DNA of 64,000 nucleotides from Orbicella franksi (Eukaryota): NCBI GenBank assembly GCA_964199315.1, contig OZ116701.1, positions 14,508,001 to 14,572,000 of the forward strand, read 5' to 3'. Shown piece by piece: positions 24,414 to 35,154 of this stretch (position 1 is its first letter; each line of letters starts with the position of its first letter). The notes under the pieces were generated by a model. It saw only the letters and a program-made list of their open reading frames with translations, ran no database searches and was not told where the DNA came from. The position numbers and the translations under genes were made by a program.

Positions 24414-26039
24414 TACCATTATCCTCTGCTTCGGCTTCGGTTCGTCGCTTGCGTTTTTTCTTTTTCTTTCTCTTCTTCTTTTTTTCTTTTTTCTCTTCGG
24501 TTAGCTCTTCCGGTGTTTTAGGTATCTGAATAAAGCATCGGTGGCTTGCGGCCTCTATGTACTCGTGGTAAGAGGGACAGTCTATGTAACCGCATTCATG
24601 TTCTTGTTGCTTCTTGAGACCCACCAACAACTTTTTACAGCTACGACATTTGCGGCGTTGACTGCAAACAGATGTTTTTGGAGTCAGCGGTTTTTCCCTT
24701 GTAGGATTTCGTCAGATGATTTTGAAAACAAACATCACCATAAAACATCCGCTTACAGGATCCGCAGGGTGTAGCTGGTGGTTGATTACGACACCTGGCC
24801 TCTGTAAAGTCCTCACATCCCGTTTGTAAGCAGGAAGAACAATGATCAGAGTTGTTTTCACAGGCGTGTTGACCTTCGTTATTGTAGGGTTTGAGACACC
24901 TTGCGCAGAAATAACTGTTACCAAAGAACCCAGGTAACGCAGTGATCACATTGTAGTGTTCATTATCATACAACAGTACCAATTGTTTTTCCTGAGGCTT
25001 TCCAAAAGAAGTCACGCTATAACCTCGGGTAGCGTCCACAAGTAAGAGCTGACAATTGTTCAAGGACGGCGTCAATGCAAATCTAGTGAGTTCCTCGTAA
25101 CCGCATTTTCCCATTTCTACATTAGCTTCTATATGCAGCTTGATTGCTTCATCTCTCTGGATAGAGAAACCTCTTCTGAAGCTGTTCCATTTAGGGTGAT
25201 CATCCACTCTAGCTTTAGCTGTCACAATGGCGCAGGCGCAGCATAGTTCATCTTTGTTATCGATACTGATGACAGAACCTTTCAAACGTTTGAAAGTTTC
25301 TGGATTAGAATGTCCAGGTTTCAATTTTCGTTTCTGACCGCTACCGCGAGGAGATGTACGAACGTGTGTAAAAGATAATTGAAACGAATCATTCATTTCA
25401 AAGTTCTCGTTTGAGTTTAACACCTGTGACATTTGCTGCAGCAGACTGTCGACACGATCGCACCATTTAACCATTCCCCCGCCGGTAACCCTCGATAAGC
25501 ATAGCTGTTGACTAAGCGATTGCTGGCTAAATTGAAGTAGACACGATCAGCGGCTGGTATCCTGTCTCGGAGAATCAAATTTTGGATTGTTCTATGTAAT
25601 CCATCAGCAATTGCTGCTGCCAAGTTTTGTTGAGGTATAAATTGTCCCACCTGACGAATGTTGGAGGTGTAGTGACGCTCTCTAAAGACCCATTTTTTTT
25701 GCTGTGACTATCTACGTACGGGTTGAGTACAAATTCGAAGCGTCCAGGTTCTGTGGTAGCAAGACTTCCCCCCATTTGTTCTTGATTAGTGAGTTGACGT
25801 TCTGTAGCCTCGGCGACATTTGACAAAATCGTATCATCGATAGAGTCGTCAAGAATCTAAGAGAAAATATAAAATAAAATAAATAACCCGGTTCATCACA
25901 CATTAAGTACACGAAATGTATTTTTGTTACAACATATTTAATTTACCTGTTGGAAATAACTGTTTTCTGGTCCATTCTCAATAGCAATAATGGCCTCCAA
26001 CAATTCTTCATCGCTTATATCCTCAAAGTGGCTTGACAT
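21787..26039 (-). pseudogene. polB: Protein-primed DNA polymerase B (terminal protein, OTU-like, Zn-finger, exonuclease, VSR-like and polymerase domains), frameshifted; intron 25857-25946
   Basis: Motifs FFDIEAM, AHNFSGYD, YCESDV, YDFTSLYP, KMMLNSMWGKFGQ, YTDTDS, GPKNYGY, KVRG; VDGY..VYEFQGCFWHGC; split across five ORFs. Confidence 0.93.
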
Positions 26040-26695
26040 GGGGCGAAAATCTTATCCAGAGAAACAAAAGTTTAGTCAACAGTCCACCATCTGCAAATGA
26101 TTTCTATCTAGCGAGTCCCAACTTTATTGGTGTCGTTAACTAATCATATTACAGGAAATGTCAGCACATTTCCAACATCCAATCATATTGCACAAAAACG
26201 ACATCATATTTTCAACCACCAATCAAGTAACATATGACGTTATTGATCTATCATAATTACATTCACACACGCAGACCACCCGAAAAGTTTACTTAGTTTG
26301 TTAATTTAATTTTCCTGTAAATGAATAACAATTACACAACTCGCATGAAAACAAATGCCTTCATTAGTCTTTTAGCGTCCGTTCAATTCGCCTTAAAAGA
26401 TAATAGCCTATTCAGTTAAGCTAACAGAGCCTAATCATTCAACGTTTAAGATAATAGTCCATTGTCACATTCTTGCGTTAAGTTTTCAACTCGTATGCAA
26501 ATTTCGTTATCCCCGCGGCCAATGGGACAAATTATTTGCATCGCGCGCTAAACTTAAATTTAGGAGTAACGGTTCCATCGTAACTTTAAGGTTTATAAAA
26601 TACGATCGGACGAACGCTATAGCTTTGCTTATCCTAAATCCGTCCAGTGTTACTTGTGTTATACTGGTAGAACGTTTCCAAGTCCGTCAGCGAGC

Positions 26696-27070
26696 TATTC
26701 AAAATCAAAAGAACTTCATTTCCAAAACCGTAACCGCCTTCGAATTCCAGGTCTGATTGAATCACGTATTGATATAAAAAACACAAAGGTTCATTATCGT
26801 TTCCATTCATTATCAGTGACTATTCAAAATCAAAAGAACTTCTATTGAATGCTCATACCCTCCTTGAAATTCCAGGTTGTGATTAAAACATGTAGTGGTA
26901 TTGAAAAGCACAAAGACTTATCCTTTCCATTCAATTTCAGTGACCTAATTCAAAATCAAAATAATTTCTTTTCAAAGTCCTTAGCCGTCTTCAAATTTTA
27001 GGTCTGATTAAATCATGTAAGTTAAAGTATGAAGTTATCTTTTCCATTCAATTTCAACGACCCATTTCAA
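26696..27070. repeat. Three degenerate ~125-bp tandem repeats between polB and the RNase gene (mirror at 34124-34498)
   Basis: tattcaaaatcaaaa(g/t)aa..tccaggt..gatt..tttccattca recurs at 26696, 26821 and about 26946. Confidence 0.75.
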
Positions 27071-27423
27071 AATAACGGTACGGATTTGTATTCGCCCGAC
27101 ATACGTACTCCAATTTCAAGTTATATTTATTACCTCTTGAGAATCGTTGTCTTGGTCCGCGTTCTCAATAGAACGGACAGCCGCCAAGAGTGGTTCATCA
27201 ATCAAATTCATTGCTGGTTTTGAGGACGCTGTCAAACTGAATTTTATGACGCTGCAGTTTTGATAATCGATAATCGATTTTGTGAATGATAAGTGCGCGT
27301 CTCCACGTGCTCGAGCACAAAATTAAAAGAACTGGGGAAAGCATGTTGGACCATTGACTTTTATTAATGTGGTGGCTCCTAAAAGAGCCGTTTGGTTCTT
27401 ACCTACATAAAGTGTGTAGGATT

Positions 27424-27837
27424 TTAAAAGGCGGCCATACCTTGCTTCCTCTGCTTCAAGAAGACGTGATAAGCTCTGGAGAACGGATAGGCCGTAATGA
27501 CGCGGAATTTGTCGCCGTACGATTCCTTCCATGAAAAATAAACGCAAATCTCGTCCGTGGGATAACCCCACGGACAGACTCCGATGACTTTCTTCATTTT
27601 GAATACGTACACGTAATAGTGGCCATGTCCCGTCTTGTAACCTTCTTCGACGATTTCATAATCGTCACTATCGACGAAAGTTTTCGTTGCCAGAAAGGCC
27701 ACAGTTGACGCTAAATTAAACGTCCGCAGGAATTTGGATGCATTGAGTTCCTTATCCAAATCCACGTGCCTTTCATTTATGTGCTCAGCATGGTCGTGAG
27801 ATAGGATAACATAATCGTTTTCAAAACTGACCGCCAT
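27424..27837 (-). CDS. 137-aa protein with polymorphic-toxin-like RNase signature (HIxxRH...SKF...ITAYP)
   Basis: Intact ATG-to-stop ORF: EHINERHVDLDKELNASKF...VIGVCPWGYPTDEICVYF...RVITAYP; family is an inference from motif pattern. Confidence 0.6.
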   Translation of the reverse strand: MAVSFENDYVILSHDHAEHINERHVDLDKELNASKFLRTFNLASTVAFLATKTFVDSDDYEIVEEGYKTGHGHYYVYVFKMKKVIGVCPWGYPTDEICVYFSWKESYGDKFRVITAYPFSRAYHVFLKQRKQGMAAF

Positions 27838-27936
27838 TTTTCCACGAGTGAGAATGAGAATATTTTTTCTCTACTATGCCTGATCTTTTATGAGCACACC
27901 AAAGTTGAGTGACATGCACCATCTATGTTTCGCGAG

Positions 27937-27973
27937 CCAATCAGAATAGTGCGACGCTCTGTCGAACCAATCA
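27937..27973. promoter_or_regulatory. Paired CCAAT boxes in the divergent RNase/RING promoter (mirror at 33221-33257)
   Basis: gagCCAATcag and gaaCCAATcag 30 bp apart, between two divergent ATGs. Confidence 0.5.
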
Positions 27974-28156
27974 GGTTAGTGCATTATGGCGGCATGAACG
28001 GTGGGGTAGTCTTTGAAATACCGTGCCTTTGAAAAACCCGTCCTTTTGAAAAAAAAAATCCGTCTCTTTGAAATAAGCGTCGCGCTAGCTAATATTACTT
28101 CACGCAAATCGACTGAAATCGAGTCCAGAGTATTTTACAGTTTTCATTGCAAAAAC

Positions 28157-29277
28157 ATGGCGCAACGTCAATCCCGAAGGCTACGTGGTTTGGATGCAGA
28201 AATAGTGCCGGAAACTGCCCGCGACAGACACTGTGTATTCTGTTTGACCGATGAGAACCATGGTTTCAATACTACCGGAGGAAATGTCCTACGCTTCCCA
28301 TGCTGCAAGTAGTTCGCCCACCGCAGTTGTCAAAGAGAATGGGAAAGAAACTCGCCTCTGTGTCCCCACTGCCGAAGAAAACTGGGTGACGAACTCCCAC
28401 CTGTGGAACTTAATGAACCTCGTAACAGAGAGGTTTCACTGCGACAGTGAGCAATAAACGCTCTTCAAGAAGCGATACAAGATAGGGAAGGACTCGAACG
28501 ACGAATTAACGCGGTAAGTTTGACTTTTTATATATATATATATATACATGTCAGTTTTAAGGTTGACTTGACTACCACGTACGTCCAGTGAGTGAGTGAT
28601 AAACCGACGCTAGTTTTGTGCGCGTGGCACAAAGTCAAAAGGATTCCACATACACATTGTCGCTACGTGCTTACGAATGCCAAACATTAATCGTACGATT
28701 TTTTTCTCTTCAGTTCGAATTTGGCTACCCGCTTCCTGCAGAACATGTTCGATTTCTGATGGAGAGAATCTTATATGATCTGATCCATTCAGCATTCGCT
28801 CAAACTAATGTTATGATAACATTAGCAATTTGTGACGCTGATACAGAACTTAATCGAGTCTATTTTCGCATATTTCTGGACTATGTTTTACCCGAGGAAA
28901 TTCAAAATTATTGCAGTATTTTTATAGTGTATCACCAGCGCGACATTTATGATTACAGGTTAGAAAGCATTATATTAATGTAGTTTTTTCTTGCTTTGTT
29001 TCAGTTTCATTTTCCCTACCACATCAGTACGGATAACATTGTGACGGTTTTTAATGTTTTAGAGAGTGTCATCCAAAACATTGATAGGAATGTTTATCAT
29101 GTAACTTTTTATGTTGCGACTTGCCATGTAAATAACCTTTGGGATAACATTCGTTTTCGAGAGTTTGTTTACTATTTATTTCCATGGGAAGTGAATCAAA
29201 TCATAGAATTGTATTCTGTTTCAACCGACATGCATTTAAATAACCAGTATGTAATTCATTCAATGGATGTTTCTTAA
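28157..29277 (+). pseudogene. RING-finger gene: exon 1 (28157-28513) plus two alternative paralogous last exons (28714-28983; 29005-29277); two nonsense codons in exon 1
   Basis: CVFC..FPCCK*FAHRSC..WERNSPLCPHCR is a RING pattern across a TAG; donor gcg|gtaagt; phase-0 acceptors tttttctcttcag| and ttgctttgtttcag|; AATAAA at 29352. Confidence 0.75.
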
Positions 29278-29724
29278 GTTGGGCGCATCGATTCTAACAT
29301 AATTCGGGGGCGTTGCTACTAGAGCTCACACATTGTAACTAGGATTTTGATAATAAACTTTGCTTTAAAATGAACACAGAGTCTGATATTTACTTTGTCA
29401 CCTTTTATTGAATAATAATAACACGAGCGTCCAGTGAGTGATGTTTATCAAAAGGTATTGTTATGGGAAAGAGTTCTAATGTTTTCTTGAGTTGGACGTA
29501 TCCATGGTAATAGAAGCCCCGCTCCCTTTGACGGGTGAGGAATGACGTCATTAATCTCGTTTCCGTGTTGACCGAGTAAAAAAAAAAAGTCTGGTCTAAT
29601 GACGTCATTAATCTCGTTTCCATGTTGACCGAGTAAAAAGCCGTCACCAAGGCGTGTTAGATTAGTAACACATATTTTAGAAACTTTAAAAAAAGTCAAT
29701 GTTTAAATAATTTTTTTTTCAATA

Positions 29725-30669
29725 GTGTCTGAGCATATTGATGTGGTGATGAGTAGCGAAGACTTAAATGCTGATGAATTCTTAGACGGTATTACTAAAG
29801 AATGGAACGATTTACCGAGAGTCGCATCGTCTGCCAACACCTTCGGGAATTCGCCACCACCACCACCACTACCAAGACCAATTACAAGAGTAGATACTGA
29901 GATCTTGTACCGTTGCCCACTACACGAGTCTGAGGCTTTACAGAAGAAAAAGACTGTCACAAAGTACGGAGAGTGGGAGTATTACAAGTGTCCTGTTGCC
30001 AAGTGTTTCGTGTCCTGTGGTGCGGATCGTGTAGAGTGTTACATAGACTCGGCAAAACGTCAATTGCATCAGTTCTACCTCGAGAATGAGTTGGACAAAA
30101 TGCAGTGCTACTGTGAACTTCCCTTGAGAATGTCCCAGTCTCAATCTGAAAAAAACCCCGGACGTCTCTTCTTCATTTGTCCCAAACGTAACTGTAAGTT
30201 CTTCCAGTGGGTCGATCAAACCCCGAGTAAGAAAGTGAAAGCCTGGTTATTAGAGAGCCAACACCCCTCCAATCACGCAGGTTACCCACGACCGCATGAA
30301 TTATTCAAACCCGACAGGCAGAATTATGTGTCCAATTGGCTAGGACAGTTGCTCTACAAGAAGCAATCTAACCGATTCTGCGATGAGCAGATAGTGAGAG
30401 ATCACGTGATCTTCGAACCTGGCACCCCCTTTGACCAAGAGTTGTGGGACGAACGTAAAAAGGTCAACATCTTCTGCGTAGCAGACCATCCCGACATCAT
30501 TGAATTTCCGCGAGAATTGAAAGGGCGTCTTTTCGATCCGAAAAAAGAAAGGAAATTTCGTGAAGACTTGTATACGTTACGCGTCATGGCCAAGGTCAGG
30601 GAACAAAATAAAAAAGGTCGTTGGAGCTGCGATTGTTTCGCTGAAAACAGAAGACCGCATGATCATTAG
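29725..30669 (+). CDS. GRF zinc-finger protein, 5' exon(s) missing
   Basis: CYCELPLRMSQSQSEKNPGRLFFICPKRNCKFFQWVD matches the zf-GRF pattern; no ATG, and the ORF opens at a polypyrimidine-AG acceptor (tttttttttcaatag|). Confidence 0.75.
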   Translation: MSEHIDVVMSSEDLNADEFLDGITKEWNDLPRVASSANTFGNSPPPPPLPRPITRVDTEILYRCPLHESEALQKKKTVTKYGEWEYYKCPVAKCFVSCGADRVECYIDSAKRQLHQFYLENELDKMQCYCELPLRMSQSQSEKNPGRLFFICPKRNCKFFQWVDQTPSKKVKAWLLESQHPSNHAGYPRPHELFKPDRQNYVSNWLGQLLYKKQSNRFCDEQIVRDHVIFEPGTPFDQELWDERKKVNIFCVADHPDIIEFPRELKGRLFDPKKERKFREDLYTLRVMAKVREQNKKGRWSCDCFAENRRPHDH

Positions 30670-30781
30670 TCTCCCGTGTAAACTAGACCAATCAAGATAA
30701 TTCACGTCAAGAACGTTGATTGGTTCTTAAAAATACCATAAACTTAACTCTAGAGACATTAAATTTTCAGTCTCGAACAAC

Positions 30782-31312
30782 ATGGCTTCTGTTAAGGACA
30801 GCTTATGTCTCGTCATAGACTTAGAGGGATTCTTTGTGCAAAAGAAATTTCAAGTGCGTGAAATGGGTTATTACTCTTGGAATGAACACTTTGGACGCCA
30901 TGCTTTCTTCCAGCCAGCAACACTCAAAGACTTGTCTCACAAGAATAAAAAGACAGTGAGCTTTGCAAAGCATAAAATACACGGACTCACTTATCAACCC
31001 CGTTACCAAGAGAGAGCTTATGAGCAAGATCAAGCAGATATTGTCTTACTGCGCTTATACAACCAATACAAGACGGGGAAAAGAACTGTGGTAGCCTACA
31101 AAGGAGATCATGTTGAAAAAGACTTGTTAAACAAACTGAACATTCCTTGTCTCGATTTAAAACCTTGGGGTTGTCCCAAATACGTACAGTTAAAACAAAC
31201 GATTGTAAAACCGTTAGCGAGTTGCGGTTTTCACTTAAATGATAATATTCACCATTGTTCCATGACCGAGTGTCACGCGTTTTGGTTATGGTTTCAAACT
31301 TATGTCATGTAA
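30782..31312 (+). CDS. DnaQ-like (DEDD-fold) nuclease with Maelstrom-like Cys/His residues
   Basis: VIDLEGF..VREMG, IHGL, AYKG..EK, DL..GCP, CGFH..HHCSMTEC; intact 176-aa ORF. Confidence 0.6.
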   Translation: MASVKDSLCLVIDLEGFFVQKKFQVREMGYYSWNEHFGRHAFFQPATLKDLSHKNKKTVSFAKHKIHGLTYQPRYQERAYEQDQADIVLLRLYNQYKTGKRTVVAYKGDHVEKDLLNKLNIPCLDLKPWGCPKYVQLKQTIVKPLASCGFHLNDNIHHCSMTECHAFWLWFQTYVM

Positions 31313-31329
31313 ATAATCAGTTTCCACGT

Positions 31330-31750
31330 CCTGTAATTTCAGGGAAAAAATTTGATATTAAAGTTGGTTAACTTTAAAGTTGCGTGATTTATTTGTTTAT
31401 GTTAGAAACTAGGCTTTTTTTTACTCGGTCAACACGGAAACGAGATTAATGACGTCATTACACCAGGCTTTTTACTCGGTCAACACGGAAACGAGATTAA
31501 TGACGTCATTACACCAGGCTTATTACTCGGTCAACACGGAAACGAGATTAATGACGGCTTTTTACTCCGTCAACACGGAAACGAGATTAATGACGTCATT
31601 AGACCAGACTTTTTTTTTTTACTCGGTCAACACGGAAACGAGATTAATGACGTCATTCCTCACCCGTCAAAGGGAGCGGGGCTTCTATTACCATGGATAC
31701 GTCCAACTCAAGAAAACATTAGAACTCTTTCCCATAACAATACCTTTTGA
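31330..31750 (+). repeat. Internal diverged copy of the subterminal region with five TGACGTCA-linked repeat units
   Basis: Collinear with 39479-39680 but lacks the AGTAGT end; unit tttactcggtcaacacggaaacgagattaatgacgtca repeated five times (about 31412-31657) versus once at the true terminus. Confidence 0.85.
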
Positions 31751-31920
31751 TAAACATCACTCACTGGACGCTCGTGTTATTATTATTCAATAAAAGGTGA
31801 CAAAGTAAATATCAGACTCTGTGTTCATTTTAAAGCAAAGTTTATTATCAAAATCCTAGTTACAATGTGTGAGCTCTAGTAGCAACGCCCCCGAATTATG
31901 TTAGAATCGATGCGCCCAAC

Positions 31921-33037
31921 TTAAGAAACATCCATTGAATGAATTACACACTGGTTATTTAAATGCATGTCGGTTGAAACAGAATACAATTCTATGATTT
32001 GATTCACTTCCCATGGAAATAAATAGTAAACAAACTCTCGAAAACGAATGTTATCCCAAAGGTTATTTACATGGCAAGTCGCAACATAAAAAGTTACATG
32101 ATAAACATTCCTATCAATGTTTTGGATGACACTCTCTAAAACATTAAAAACCGTCACAATGTTATCCGTACTGATGTGGTAGGGAAAATGAAACTGAAAC
32201 AAAGCAAGAAAAAACTACATTAATATAATGCTTTCTAACCTGTAATCATAAATGTCGCGCTGGTGATACACTATAAAAATACTGCAATAATTTTGAATTT
32301 CCTCGGGTAAAACATAGTCCAGAAATATGCGAAAATAGACTCGATTAAGTTCTGTATCAGCGTCACAAATTGCTAATGTTATCATAACATTAGTTTGAGC
32401 GAATGCTGAATGGATCAGATCATATAAGATTCTCTCCATCAGAAATCGAACATGTTCTGCAGGAAGCGGGTAGCCAAATTCGAACTGAAGAGAAAAAAAT
32501 CGTACGATTAATGTTTGGCATTCGTAAGCACGTAGCGACAATGTGTATGTGGAATCCTTTTGACTTTGTGCCACGCGCACAAAACTAGCGTCGGTTTATC
32601 ACTCACTCACTGGACGTACGTGGTAGTCAAGTCAACCTTAAAACTGACATGTATATATATATATAAAAAGTCAAACTTACCGCGTTAATTCGTCGTTCGA
32701 GTCCTTCCCTATCTTGTATCGCTTCTTGAAGAGCGTTTATTGCTCACTGTCGCAGTGAAACCTCTCTGTTACGAGGTTCATTAAGTTCCACAGGTGGGAG
32801 TTCGTCACCCAGTTTTCTTCGGCAGTGGGGACACAGAGGCGAGTTTCTTTCCCATTCTCTTTGACAACTGCGGTGGGCGAACTACTTGCAGCATGGGAAG
32901 CGTAGGACATTTCCTCCGGTAGTATTGAAACCATGGTTCTCATCGGTCAAACAGAATACACAGTGTCTGTCGCGGGCAGTTTCCGGCACTATTTCTGCAT
33001 CCAAACCACGTAGCCTTCGGGATTGACGTTGCGCCAT
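31921..33037 (-). pseudogene. Mirror copy of the RING gene with alternative last exons (exon 1 33037-32681; 32484-32215; 32193-31921)
   Basis: Reverse complement of 28157-29277; same two nonsense codons. Confidence 0.75.
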
Positions 33038-33356
33038 GTTTTTGCAATGAAAACTGTAAAATACTCTGGACTCGATTTCAGTCGATTTGCGTGAAGTAAT
33101 ATTAGCTAGCGCGACGCTTATTTCAAAGAGACGGATTTTTTTTTTCAAAAGGACGGGTTTTTCAAAGGCACGGTATTTCAAAGACTACCCCACCGTTCAT
33201 GCCGCCATAATGCACTAACCTGATTGGTTCGACAGAGCGTCGCACTATTCTGATTGGCTCGCGAAACATAGATGGTGCATGTCACTCAACTTTGGTGTGC
33301 TCATAAAAGATCAGGCATAGTAGAGAAAAAATATTCTCATTCTCACTCGTGGAAAA

Positions 33357-33770
33357 ATGGCGGTCAGTTTTGAAAACGATTATGTTATCCTATCTCACGA
33401 CCATGCTGAGCACATAAATGAAAGGCACGTGGATTTGGATAAGGAACTCAATGCATCCAAATTCCTGCGGACGTTTAATTTAGCGTCAACTGTGGCCTTT
33501 CTGGCAACGAAAACTTTCGTCGATAGTGACGATTATGAAATCGTCGAAGAAGGTTACAAGACGGGACATGGCCACTATTACGTGTACGTATTCAAAATGA
33601 AGAAAGTCATCGGAGTCTGTCCGTGGGGTTATCCCACGGACGAGATTTGCGTTTATTTTTCATGGAAGGAATCGTACGGCGACAAATTCCGCGTCATTAC
33701 GGCCTATCCGTTCTCCAGAGCTTATCACGTCTTCTTGAAGCAGAGGAAGCAAGGTATGGCCGCCTTTTAA
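33357..33770 (+). CDS. Mirror copy of the toxin-like RNase ORF
   Basis: Identical 137-aa translation to 27424-27837. Confidence 0.6.
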   Translation: MAVSFENDYVILSHDHAEHINERHVDLDKELNASKFLRTFNLASTVAFLATKTFVDSDDYEIVEEGYKTGHGHYYVYVFKMKKVIGVCPWGYPTDEICVYFSWKESYGDKFRVITAYPFSRAYHVFLKQRKQGMAAF

Positions 33771-35154
33771 AATCCTACACACTTTATGTAGGTAAGAACC
33801 AAACGGCTCTTTTAGGAGCCACCACATTAATAAAAGTCAATGGTCCAACATGCTTTCCCCAGTTCTTTTAATTTTGTGCTCGAGCACGTGGAGACGCGCA
33901 CTTATCATTCACAAAATCGATTATCGATTATCAAAACTGCAGCGTCATAAAATTCAGTTTGACAGCGTCCTCAAAACCAGCAATGAATTTGATTGATGAA
34001 CCACTCTTGGCGGCTGTCCGTTCTATTGAGAACGCGGACCAAGACAACGATTCTCAAGAGGTAATAAATATAACTTGAAATTGGAGTACGTATGTCGGGC
34101 GAATACAAATCCGTACCGTTATTTTGAAATGGGTCGTTGAAATTGAATGGAAAAGATAACTTCATACTTTAACTTACATGATTTAATCAGACCTAAAATT
34201 TGAAGACGGCTAAGGACTTTGAAAAGAAATTATTTTGATTTTGAATTAGGTCACTGAAATTGAATGGAAAGGATAAGTCTTTGTGCTTTTCAATACCACT
34301 ACATGTTTTAATCACAACCTGGAATTTCAAGGAGGGTATGAGCATTCAATAGAAGTTCTTTTGATTTTGAATAGTCACTGATAATGAATGGAAACGATAA
34401 TGAACCTTTGTGTTTTTTATATCAATACGTGATTCAATCAGACCTGGAATTCGAAGGCGGTTACGGTTTTGGAAATGAAGTTCTTTTGATTTTGAATAGC
34501 TCGCTGACGGACTTGGAAACGTTCTACCAGTATAACACAAGTAACACTGGACGGATTTAGGATAAGCAAAGCTATAGCGTTCGTCCGATCGTATTTTATA
34601 AACCTTAAAGTTACGATGGAACCGTTACTCCTAAATTTAAGTTTAGCGCGCGATGCAAATAATTTGTCCCATTGGCCGCGGGGATAACGAAATTTGCATA
34701 CGAGTTGAAAACTTAACGCAAGAATGTGACAATGGACTATTATCTTAAACGTTGAATGATTAGGCTCTGTTAGCTTAACTGAATAGGCTATTATCTTTTA
34801 AGGCGAATTGAACGGACGCTAAAAGACTAATGAAGGCATTTGTTTTCATGCGAGTTGTGTAATTGTTATTCATTTACAGGAAAATTAAATTAACAAACTA
34901 AGTAAACTTTTCGGGTGGTCTGCGTGTGTGAATGTAATTATGATAGATCAATAACGTCATATGTTACTTGATTGGTGGTTGAAAATATGATGTCGTTTTT
35001 GTGCAATATGATTGGATGTTGGAAATGTGCTGACATTTCCTGTAATATGATTAGTTAACGACACCAATAAAGTTGGGACTCGCTAGATAGAAATCATTTG
35101 CAGATGGTGGACTGTTGACTAAACTTTTGTTTCTCTGGATAAGATTTTCGCCCC

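Larger units (their letters stand above)
21459..29646 (-). repeat. Left arm of the giant inverted repeat (8188 bp)
   Basis: Mirrored ORF pairs sum to 61194 (outer) or 61198 (inner); the match ends at ...aaaagccgtca (29646). Confidence 0.95.

Noticed and set aside
24194-24774. Antisense ORFs with poly-Ser/poly-Ile (and mirrors 36420-37000)
   Set aside because: They are shadows of the (GAT)n and Lys-rich linker of pPolB.
31412-31657. CRISPR-like array of ~38-bp repeats
   Set aside because: Intervening sequences are 0-20 bp and resemble each other, there are no cas genes, the context is eukaryotic, and the unit is part of the Maverick subterminal sequence.
31449-31793. ORF with repeated SVNTETRLMTS (and mirror ORFs 29405-29699)
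   Set aside because: It is a translation of the regulatory repeat array, with no independent coding evidence.
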